Below the pieces are notes generated by a model. It was not told where the DNA came from and ran no database searches. It was given only the letters and a program-made list of their open reading frames with translations. A stretch of 46,007 nucleotides of DNA, counting the filler, from Catajapyx aquilonaris (lineage: Eukaryota), in NCBI GenBank assembly GCA_000934665.2. It is 2 parts of 2 records of this genome, joined end to end, with 100 filler letters (N's around TTAATTAATTAA, not from the genome) between each part and the next. Parts side by side here need not be neighbours in the genome. Positions count along the whole stretch, not along the records: positions 23,073 to 46,007 come from JYFJ02005777.1; 1 more part is not named here. One strand, given 5' to 3'. Positions 35,417 to 46,007 of this stretch are shown one piece after another (the stretch's first letter is position 1; each line of letters begins with the position of its first letter). A program made the translations under genes and the position numbers.

Positions 35417-38400
35417 TTACGAATCTTCGATCGACAATGGAAATTCTGTATCTCTCGTCACATACGTAAACCAGTAGAAAAAGTTAAGCAATGCAAATGA
35501 GAGGGGAAACATCACTCTGGCTGTCGTGTCTATGCGGGACACGCTGTTGACTCCTCGTGTCAACCTCTGCCGTCGCTTTCGATAGGTATTGTCGGCGATC
35601 AAACAGTGAATGCATTGTTTCCAGCACGAGTGGTGACGATTGGGAAAATGGTCAACATGGCGCCTCGACGTAATCGACGGGGACGATTCCACGCTTCTTT
35701 CCCCATACACCAGTCTCTCCTGTTCAGACATAAAGATGTGTTCACACGAGCGCCGTCGTTGGGTCGTTGTAATATCAACCAATCAGCAACGAATCAGATT
35801 GGCGGATATACTAACAACCTCAATGACCCAAGCATTGTTGAAAATGGTAACTTACGTTGTAAATGGGGCATATGAGCGAGGTTTTCCTTCGATTTTTAAG
35901 CACCAATCTCATTATGTGAGCATCGGTCTCTTTCAGTTCGTCTTCCCATTCGTCTTCATCTTGCAAAACTTCACCACTCCCAACCTAATATTGCAAGCAT
36001 GCACTGCATTATTACAAGTTATAAACAGGGTGCAGAAGTTACAGATTGTTCACTCTAGTAATCAGTGAACCAATTGAATTATACCTTTGTGAAGTAGTGG
36101 ACAGCAGCAAACTGCAGCATTGATGCGATACAGTATCCGAAGCTCATTAGAAGGAACCAGTCTAAAGCAGTGGCGTAGTGCACTTTGGGTAGGTCACCTC
36201 GACTGTCCAAACTTACGGTAGATAAGGTTAGCACAGTCGTGATTCCTTTTCAGATGGAGATCCAACCAGCGGAATCATATAATTGTGTTTTTTAAAACGA
36301 AGTGTAAATTAATAAACATATTTTATAGTTGTTTGGTTGGTTTAGAATTTAAAATACGTACCCAAACCCACTCTGTCGCTAGTCGCTTCACGATGGATCC
36401 AAAATCCAACCCAGGACAATACGACAATTAAAATGCACGGTACGTACACTTGTATCAGGAAATATCCAGTGTGTCTCTTTAGGTTGAAATGTACTTCAAG
36501 AACCGAAAACTGACCTGCAATTAGAACGTAAAATGACGCACACGTTTCCAAATTTCCTGATGAATTACATTACATCAGCTTAAATTGATTTACCCAAACT
36601 TGATTACACGATGATTCGTAACTTCACTTGCAGTTTTACGAAACAATCATGCGGGAATTGGCCATGCTGTCAATTTTTTGTATGTCTTCCTATCGACTAA
36701 GCTCCATATCATTGAAACATGCCAAACAATCATTCCATTACGAAGGTAATATACGAACCCCCTTAACCCTTCAGCAAAGTCTTAATTACGACGGGGAATC
36801 AAAGAGCGCGGGGAATCGAAGCGTGACAAAGGATGTCGCAATTAAGTTCCGTTTTGCGTCATGTTGACTTACCTTCTTTACGGGAAATTGTGCGGTTCCG
36901 GTAAGGACTTGCCATCAGGTCGAACTGAGACAAGGTCATTCCAGAAACGAAAGTCACACTCTGGCTGCCATACCACTGGTATTTCAAGTCTCGGGAAGTG
37001 TATGCGTCTAGGGGGGGGAAGCATAATATACTGAAATTAGTGAGTGCTATTCATAATAGGGCAATCATGTAATTTTTGCATGCTGATTGTATGTAGAATA
37101 TTTTTCTCCACTAATTACTCAATTAACAACATTAAAGCGTAAAAATAATAATGACATTTTAATTACTGCCAATAAATACTGACAGCTTCCGAAGATTAGT
37201 GGGCAACTCTGTCGATCCATTGGAAAGTCACGTAGCTGCATAGGACACTTTGCCTTTATAGTCAGCCTGAAATCATAATAATAATATTACTGTATTTTTT
37301 CCAATAATAATACAAAAAACCAATAAATTCCATCATACCTCATGGAATACCGAACATTTCCGTCATGTGCTAGTCGGACAAACTTGTTGGGCCTGGTGAT
37401 TGTGTGCAGGTACGAATTTTTTCCATTATGGAAGTAAGTGTCTGGTCGCCATATCCTTTCTAACATGGAAATGCTTAGGCTCAAGTCCTTAATTGGACCC
37501 TCGAAGCTCAGACGAGGGTCACGCCAGTACTGGCGGAAATAGCAGTCTGTGGAATAGTCCTTTCGAGAAGAAAGGAGAGTAGTAATTTAATACCCATGGA
37601 CTAGTTACATAGACAAGGTTCATGTTATTTCACTTGCCATTTCCAATTCTGAAATTGGTCCCATGCTTCGGATCAGCATGCTGCTCTGTACTACTGTTGG
37701 TAAACCTTGGGTGGAAGAAAGCATGGGTTGGACAAAGTATTAATTGTTCATGTGAAATAAATAGTAGTTGCACAGTCAGTAATTAGTAGTCTACCATTGG
37801 TTAAGTCAGAGGGTGTAAATGATGTGATTGATATTCATCTCTAGGGAGTATACGGACAATGGTCACAGCAGGTAACTGCATATTAAAGTTTAATGCTAGG
37901 AAATTGGTTTACAAAATTTAAGAACTATATGCATGGAGCCAAGACGATGCACCAAGGAGTCAGCGTCTTACGTGCTAAAACTGTAGTAACGGGCCTGGTG
38001 CGCCAAATAGTATTACAAGTCTGGTTTTAGCATATTCGTGCTGTGTGCTGACAAATAGCAGAATATGGTTTAAAATAGTTCTAAAAAATAATTACAAAAT
38101 GAAAAATGGCACTACAATCGTAATGAATATGCTTTGATTGTGTTTGTGGACTGTACAGGGGATTGCCAAGAGCACACTTTGGGACTAATAAACAGTAATG
38201 AGCTGAGTACTAATGCACGAGTAGGAATTACTATTAATAACGTATCCATATTAAGTAGTACGCACATGGCCCAAAACTGATTTACAGGGTGTAAATCTGG
38301 CGTGATGCCATCTCATAATGTGCGACAGTGAATGGGGACAAATCCTGGACACATGCGTGCCTACATTATGATCTTTGCTTCTTAGCTGATTAACATCGGC

Positions 38401-41400
38401 ATAGTAAGCCGTAATTGTCAGGTGATAGTCTCATTAATTAATATTTTTCCTAAGTGAAAAGATGCCTCTTTAACTACCTACATTGCGTATGGACAAATCA
38501 ACTTGACCATTCATGCAGTAACATGCGCTTGAATGCTCCTTTGTACAGTACATATCTGTTTAAAGTAATTTATACCGCTGAAATTTGGCAGTGTTAATAT
38601 TAACTGTGATAATAAATTACGCAGTCCATTATTGATGCCCATTACAAATGACTTAATATCCTTAGGCACCGATTGCAATATTGGAGGATACAAATAATTA
38701 TTTCCCTGCATTGTATTACCGCAGTATATTACGTGCAATGCCCTGCCATTGAAACAGTGTGATCCGTTGGATGCAGCTAAATCGCTCTTAGGAGTATAAT
38801 GCAGAGGTTAATAGCCATTTTGCATTCATTATCATGTAATCAGCAAAAAGTGAATTTCACCAGTACATTAATCTTCAATCCTTTACATCTGCTTGTGAGG
38901 ATAGCAAAGTTAGAATAACTTTTTCTAATTAGAAGCTTTGAGACTCATTCCCGATAGACCTAAAAAAGTTTGACTTTGATATAAGACTGTCCCTTGGACT
39001 TCTAGGTAACGTCTCCAAATAAGTGAAAACAGGAGACAAACAAGCCAGGGCCTGGACAACTGTCTCTTGGGAGAAACAGAGAGAAAAGTTCACGTGTTAA
39101 GCCAGAGGGTACAGAGACTCTGAATTCTTAGAATCGTTAAATTTTTCTAATAAATTCTAATGCGACGTAGCTTTTTAACTACGCCAAAATTAGCCGCATT
39201 CTAGGTTACACCACTATTAGGAAAGAAACGGGCGAGAGTTTTCTCCATTTTGCGTTTTGTGTGTGGCAACAACTCCCGAAAATAGTCCCCCTTGTACTTG
39301 TAAATTAACCCGCCTGTTACATTTTAAATCGCATTCCACGACTCCACAATTTGTTTAGGGACTTTGGTAAACCAAAACTCTTGCTCCTGTGGGAGAATAA
39401 AAATAAGTGGCGTGGCTGAAGGACAACTCAATATTTATGAGGTACACAGCAACTGAAGCGGTTTTAGGGAGAAATCGGGATTTTAACTTAAACCGCGAAT
39501 AAATATGCTAAATCCCTAATGGGTAGCTGTAAATGATTACTAAAAAGACACCATAATAAATTGCTAATTTACTACATGCCACAGCAACATTTCAAAACTG
39601 CTGTATGTGACATGCAAAAAGAAATTCTTCACCGCGACACAAAGTGTAAATAATGCTTGAAAGAATGAAGATATACGTAGTAAAGATGTAGCGAAAAAAT
39701 ATGATGACAACTCAGGTGAGACTTATGACTAGCTTAACACGATAAAACTGGCGGTAGTTCAAAATCCAGGTGGACCAACCTGGTTGGCTTGATCTTTTTT
39801 TTTTAAAAAAAAAATAACCGATAGGAAATTGTTAAGCCCGCACTTATTAATTAAGCTGTGAAAGAAAAGAAAAACGATTAAGGCTCTCAAAATACCTGAG
39901 ACCATTTTTGATTGGCTCTCAGTTCGGAGGAAAAAACCTCTTCCGGTTCTAATTTCCGACCTACCTTCCTTCCTTCAATTACTCGATAACATCGATTTTT
40001 TTTTTCTTTCTCTCTCTATTGTAGTGCGTATATGAAGCAACTCCTCTTTGACATCATCTTTCACTTGTATCATATACCTTCATAACTGAGGCTAAAATGA
40101 ATGCAGAGTCTAGCTAATAATTACAGAGTCGAAAATCAGCGTTTACAAATGAGTATTGGAATGCATATATTAATATTCATATTTCGCAGCATGTGCGATT
40201 ACGTAACGGTGGGGGTTTTTTTCAGCGCTTTTTCCAATTATGAGTGCATAGCTTCATCAATATTTCTTCACCGAGGTTTAATTAAGTGCTGGCTCAATGA
40301 ACGAATATTTCAGGGATATAATTTCAATATCGTGTCGATTAAACGCAACATTTGGGCGAACCTTTCGTTAAAGTCAATAATCAACGCTTATGGAGTTATG
40401 GTTATTCAGGAAATGTTGCTTTGATTGTAAGCAGATAACTTATTGTACCGTCAATCGAACTGTCATTAACATCAATTGCAATGGGAAAGGAACATATATG
40501 AATCAATATGTGGGAGCTGACGAATCACTGACCTGTGTCGTGGTTGGGATGCTGACTGCTATCGTAATTTTTGAGTAAATTTTCTAGGAGGATGCTGATG
40601 TTGCGACTTAGAGCTTCATTTGACCCCTTGGGTTTCTGTTGGACAGTAGGCGTCGGGGTCACCTGGGGACCTTTCTCTGGCTGGCTCTGGAGTCGGGGGT
40701 GAGGTCGAATTCGGGGTCGGTCCGGGGAGTCATGAGAGTCAGACACATACCATGTTGACCTTGGGGTAATAAAGTGACTGCATTCTTGATGTCTGATTAC
40801 AGTGCTCAATTAATAGACTGTAATAATTAACAATGTCTAAAGAATTTATTTGCCATAAGGGTTTTTAAATGAATATGGATCAATACTCACATAATGACGT
40901 ATAACTAACACATTAAGCTATGTAGAAGTTATTAATAAATTATTAATAAGTGTTGTGCCTTTGCATTGTTAACCAAAATTTAAATAATGAAGTTTTATTT
41001 CAGTTTTATAAGGAAGCTCGTGTGTGGAAGTGCTGCGGGGTCATGTTTAATCTCTATTGACTCCTTCACCCGATTGTTTTCTTATTAGTAGAGCTAATAA
41101 AGTGCGTATAAGCTTTCCGATGTAATATCTGGCTTGAAATCGAGCGACTAAGAATAGCTCTAATTGATATTGTCAATTACTGTGTACATAATAGAAAATA
41201 TACATTTTTGCCCTAATAAAGCTATTCTATTAATACGTATCTAAATTTTAACAGGTCTTGCAGATTTTTGTAGATACTAAAAATCCATGGAATTTCTGAT
41301 GGTGTGTAAACACCATAGTAATTTTCCATCGTGTTAAGAGTACATGCATGACATAATATTATCAAAAAGAAGCCTGTATCAGTGTACAGACTTCTACTTG

Positions 41401-42128
41401 ATAATATCATTGTGTGCAATTTTTATGTGCGTTAATTTGCATAAACAATTAGTAAACATGTAGTTCCTAATGAAGTATTTTTGTAATGTTACCAAAACTA
41501 AATTGTTGCTGGTCATTCTTCAAACTCGAAAAAGCTTATTAAGTTACGTGAGTGAGTAACTCTGCGAAATTTTTAAAGTACTAATAACTTATACATGATG
41601 TGGTGCTGACATAAGGAAAATACTGTGTATTGGTGCAAATATGATGCTGAAACACTTGCACGTATATTAGTAAATAAAGTTACATATCTCCCCATGCCCT
41701 TATCTCCCCTTTCTCCACCCTCATATTTTTGAAGAAATATGGCAGAGCAGATGTTTGTTCCGTAACTTTTTATACAAGTTAGTTCTTCTAACCTTTACTC
41801 ATACGTCCATCAAGCTGCCACTTTGCCTCTTTTTATCTAAGAAGGCTCAAACTTTGCGACAGATACGCAAAGTTTTACAAGCCTATACAAGTTAAAATGT
41901 GCTGTAGCAGAGGGAAGCAGTTCCCTTTCCAATAACATCCATCTAATGAGATTAATCCTTCCCGGTTTCACTGTTTACTTGATTAACTCATTAATCCATC
42001 CGAATAAAATGTTTCCATGCAAAAGTCTCAGGATGTCAATTAAATTGCACGTTGTTAATAAAGAGACGTTGTACTTACAGCATGGCTAAAGTCCAGAGTA
42101 GCAAGGAGCAGCCAGATAGAATCTTCAT
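35417..42128 (-). CDS. Grd: Cys-loop ligand-gated ion channel subunit, GABA/glycine-like receptor (Grd-like), about 515 aa. Exons: 42128-42079, 40777-40533, 37705-37638, 37559-37339, 37266-37184, 37007-36873, 36514-36362, 36245-36085, 35984-35856, 35719-35417
   Basis: Signal peptide [30 protein letters not shown]; Cys-loop [17 protein letters not shown]1 [12 protein letters not shown]2 [46 protein letters not shown]4 [12 protein letters not shown]. All ten exons are phase-compatible (1548 nt). Confidence 0.92.
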
Positions 42129-43448
42129 TTTTCTGTAATAAAAATTCTGCCATATAAAAGCACAAGCGCAAACGATCCGAACAGTTTTGGTACTGAGATA
42201 ATTCTGAAGGTGTTTTCGTTCACGTTTCGCCCCCCAGCGCATGCGTACAAAACTTTAATTTCGGGCTTGGCGACGAATCTCGGAAAAGTGCAACCTAACG
42301 AGAAAGTTTCTGGCCATATTACATGTTAATAACAAATCATTGCTCTTGCTAGATCCGTCTATATTTCTATATACACACACTTTCTTCTCGGGAGCTCTCT
42401 ATAGTGAAATTCCTGCCTTTCTTTCTGCAAGTATTGCAGGAGAAGGAAGCAATATTCTCGTCTTTAGGAAAAACCAGTGCTCACCCGTCACGACTTTAGA
42501 ACGGTCTTGTAGTTGTTGCAGGAGACATGCTTCAAATTGCCATTCCAAGCAAGATTCAAAGCAAGATAGATGGGAAAACGAAAGTTTAGGCCAGTATAGG
42601 TAACATTTTATTCAGAAAATAATTAAACTAGTAATTGAAAAAAAAAACCATTTTCCTATAGCCATTTTCTCTAGTGCTTGGTAATAAAAAATAGTTTAGT
42701 GACAAAACCCGTTTTATTGAAAAAGGCAACCCATGCGGCATACCGGTAAACGCCATTTTTACTCCGTTCAAAATTAATTCAGCTTAAATATAAATCCCCG
42801 ATAACCTGGCGAGTTATAACCCGATTTACGTCACGACGTACGGAATCCCTCACAATGGCTGAATTGTTCGATAAGCTGTAGCTTATGAAACTTGAACAAC
42901 CCCAGGCTTATATGTTGATAATAGTGGGTGGGATTGGGCTTTGGAGATAGGTTTTTTTTTTTGGGGGGGGGAGGGGGTGCAGTCGGGTCTAGCGGGTGGA
43001 AAGGGGTTCGGAATGTGGGGGAGGAGGGATGGGGGGGAGGGAAGGTGGGTGGCCGATATAAAAAAGTGGTATGCAAACTTTCAGAAGTACAATTTCATGT
43101 TCACTTGAGGGTATTTCTAGTAGGACCTGATTAATGCATTCGCAATCACGTGTAAACAAGTGTGTCACATATCTAGTTTGAATGCAAGAGCATAATATTT
43201 TCTTCAAATATGTTTGGCATCAACACTAGTACAGTAAAATGCATTGAAATGTTGTTGTTATTGTTCTAAATTTGCAACTGTATTAGAGGCAAAAAGCTAG
43301 AAAGCCAACTTGCGTAATATTATGTTATGCTGATTTCATTTTTTGTCTTATAATTCGTATGCAGAATACTAAGGTAACATGGAAAATCGGATCAGCTAAT
43401 TCTGATAAGATTCCCTAATGGATTCCCTAAAATGGCAAAGGAGACTAA

Positions 43449-43603
43449 AGGCCATTTCACAAAAAAAATGTCGCGCGGCAAACGCCGCGGCGCGACTTGC
43501 GGCAAATTTTTATTTATATTTATTGTTGCCAATTGTTGGAAACAATAAAATTTGCCGCAAGTCGCGCCGTTTGCCGCGCGACATTTTTTCTGTGAAATGG
43601 CCT
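43449..43603. mobile_element. PIF/Harbinger-type (Tourist-like) palindromic MITE
   Basis: Nearly whole-length inverted repeat AGGCCATTTCACA...TGTGAAATGGCCT flanked by a TAA TSD (43446-43448, 43604-43606). Confidence 0.88.
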
Positions 43604-44096
43604 TAACGAGTTGAGGTTCTTCCAACCACATTAGTGAAAAACACAAGTTTGCATAATGTAAGGTGCTTGACGTACAGGGCATATTTTTAACTTTAATTTT
43701 TTGATCCAACAATAACAGGAGCACAAACTAGGGTGATGGGTTCTCACAGCATAATCGCTGATGGGAATCATTTCGTTCAAAATGGTGCCATTCCCCAATC
43801 TGCCATCATATTGTTGACATCGCCAGCTATTTTTAATATCACAGGGAGAACTGACAACTCGGGAATGACACTGTTTTAAAAACAAAAACAGTTAGCAGAG
43901 TGACATGTGAATCAACTTAACACCATACAAATTTTGAGTCTTACAGTCACTTATATGTGGCTATTCTCTTGCAAAAAGCACTTGAACAACACTGTCAATA
44001 ACAGAGTTCAAAGTCATTCCACATTTGATAGCAGGCCCACTCTCCTTATTGTCAGGCCGCCGGTTCCTCTACGTTAGAAGGTGTAGTACTGAAAAA

Positions 44097-45730
44097 CTAG
44101 ATCAGTTTTTCCAGAACATCCAGCAACAAGTCCGGTCTCTTCTCCCTGGCCTCTTTCCAGAAGGGGGACCTCTTCCACTCGTACAGGTTTCCCATACCAA
44201 ATCCGAGACATACTTCAGACAGAAACCCGCACCCGTAATCCTTAGCCAGGGCCATCGTCTGTAGAAGATTGTCCAGACTTAGCTGCTCACCCAACTTCAC
44301 CTCACACATGTTCTTAAGTCCTTGGAGGTCATACTTCTCAGCCGCCCTCAAAATGTCCCCAGCCAACGTCTCCATAATCTCAGGCGGCTTTGTTCATGTA
44401 ATAATAATCAACATTTTATTGTGGATTTTGATTGTGGTAGGATATAGGAAACTAGAAAGAAAACCCATCGAAACTGGTTCCACACGAGCGAATCATTTGT
44501 CCGTGGCTTGAACTAACCTTGTCCGTGTACATGTAATAGAGCATCCCTCTGAGGACCTCCTCGCTAATGTCCTGGATGAGGACCTTCCCCTCTTGTTTCT
44601 CCCGAGTGTCGTGATGATACATCGCGGCGAACACAGGGCTTCGAGCACACAGCACGGCGGTGTGGGCCCGCACCTCAGTACCCTCTGAGCTGATCAGCAA
44701 GGCGTCGCATATGTTATCCATTCCCAGGAGTTTCGGAATGTCGCTCTGGAGTGTCACTGCTGTAGTCTCCGAGTGGTGGACCTCTAGTGTTCCAGAGAAG
44801 ACGAGGGTAAGTGTGTCTTCTGGCAGCAATGAGGCGTTGGAGAACATGAACTTGGGCCACCCCCAGACGTGCTTGTCTTTGGTGGTGTATGATATACATG
44901 CACCCTGGTTCCTGACCAGGTTGTGGCGCTTGTCCTGAATGGACATCTCTTGAGCAAGCATAGTGAACGGGAGAGGTTGTTGGTACGGAGGGGTGTACTC
45001 GACATAAACGGACAGAGACGGACCACGTGCATCGTCAGCCACCTCGAGGCGCATCTGCCATTTCCCGGGAACATCTTTGTTGATGGTGAAATAGGGGGAG
45101 ACCCGGGTTCTTCTTATGGACGAAAGGTGGGTGACGTTGTGGATGGCCCAGGTGGAGATACAACCGTGGGTGGTGGTGTTGGTAATGGTTCCGACTTCCT
45201 CCCTCTTGCACCTGCAGAACAATGGAACTCTGGCTTGCATATCAGATAATTATCATTGCGTACTTCATGACAAATGCACAGGGTGAGTCAGTCTACACAT
45301 GAACCCTTCACTTCTGGGTGTTCGTTGAACGATTAATTTCTTCTATGCGTTGTCAGATTATTATTGTGTAACCAACAGGGCTAAAAATGTGTTGCATTTC
45401 AATCAACAGGCCTTCAATTATTATTAAAGGTACGGACCTAGTGATGAGTCAGATCCGTACCCATTATGACTGCACAAATAGCTCCTGGGTCAGCAGTGGG
45501 TCATGGTTGAACCCAGGATTGAATTCGACTTGGAATTCGAACGAAAAAACAAAGGGCGAGATAACTCGACTTCTTCCATGGACCCTGCGTTTTCCGTAAA
45601 TAAAGGGCACTGTACACATCGGTGCACCTGTCCCTGCCCATGAGATGCTCTCCCCTGAGGTCGTACCATACCTGATCACGAGTCCCGAGGTGCCCCGACA
45701 CACTTCATCCACACTGAAGCTCACCGCCAT
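44097..45730 (-). CDS. MATH-BTB (SPOP/roadkill-like) protein, about 347 aa. Exons: 45730-45672, 45211-44518, 44387-44097
   Basis: MATH features (TWAIHN, SPYF, KWQMRL, WGWPKFM, LLPEDTLTL); BTB RAHTAVLCARSPVFAAMYHH..IQDIS..MLYYMYT; AAEKYDLQGLKNMCE. Phase-compatible introns; AAAATGGCG start context. Confidence 0.88.
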
Positions 45731-45819
45731 TTTCGAACACTCTTGATCCTAGACGTAGAAGAGTCAACGACCCTTCTAAGAAAGTTGGGCTGAATCCAAA
45801 TCCACAATCCGTCAGCTGC

Positions 45820-45922
45820 TATTATTATTATTATTATTATTAGTAGTAGTAGTAGTAGTAGTAGTAGTAGCAGTAGTAGTAGTAGTAGACTACTACTACT
45901 ACTGCTACTACTACTACTACTA
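45820..45922. repeat. Compound microsatellite (TTA)n-(TAG)n-(CTA)n
   Basis: Read directly; the TAG and CTA tracts are reverse complements. Confidence 0.95.
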
Positions 45923-46007
45923 TTGTTTTATAGTCATAGCAGCGTGTAGGTAGTAGGCTACCAGTACATTAGCTGTCCGAATCAATCCTTATTATTAGCA
46001 TACTGTG

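Overview
Eukaryotic DNA, most likely from an arthropod (Grd-type GABA receptor gene, short TTAGG-type repeats). An artificial 100-bp gap spacer (44 N + TTAATTAATTAA + 44 N, 22973-23072) separates two very different halves. The left 23 kb has no recognisable host gene. It is a dense mosaic of broken transposon pieces: Penelope-like retroelements with four minimal hammerhead ribozymes, a hAT element with a 6-bp TSD, CACTA/EnSpm, mariner, LINE ORF1 and endonuclease, Ty1/copia and a tRNA-derived SINE. Every piece I can orient lies on the + strand, which suggests a flamenco-like uni-strand piRNA cluster transcribed from the - strand. The right 23 kb is compact and gene-rich: a divergent TFIP11-like gene lacking a visible G-patch (+), an inversin-like ankyrin/IQ gene (-), a 10-exon Grd-like Cys-loop receptor subunit with a GC-AG intron (-) and a 3-exon MATH-BTB (SPOP-like) gene (-), plus a SINE, two MITEs and a fold-back microsatellite. 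All family calls come from motif recognition by eye; no database searches were run.
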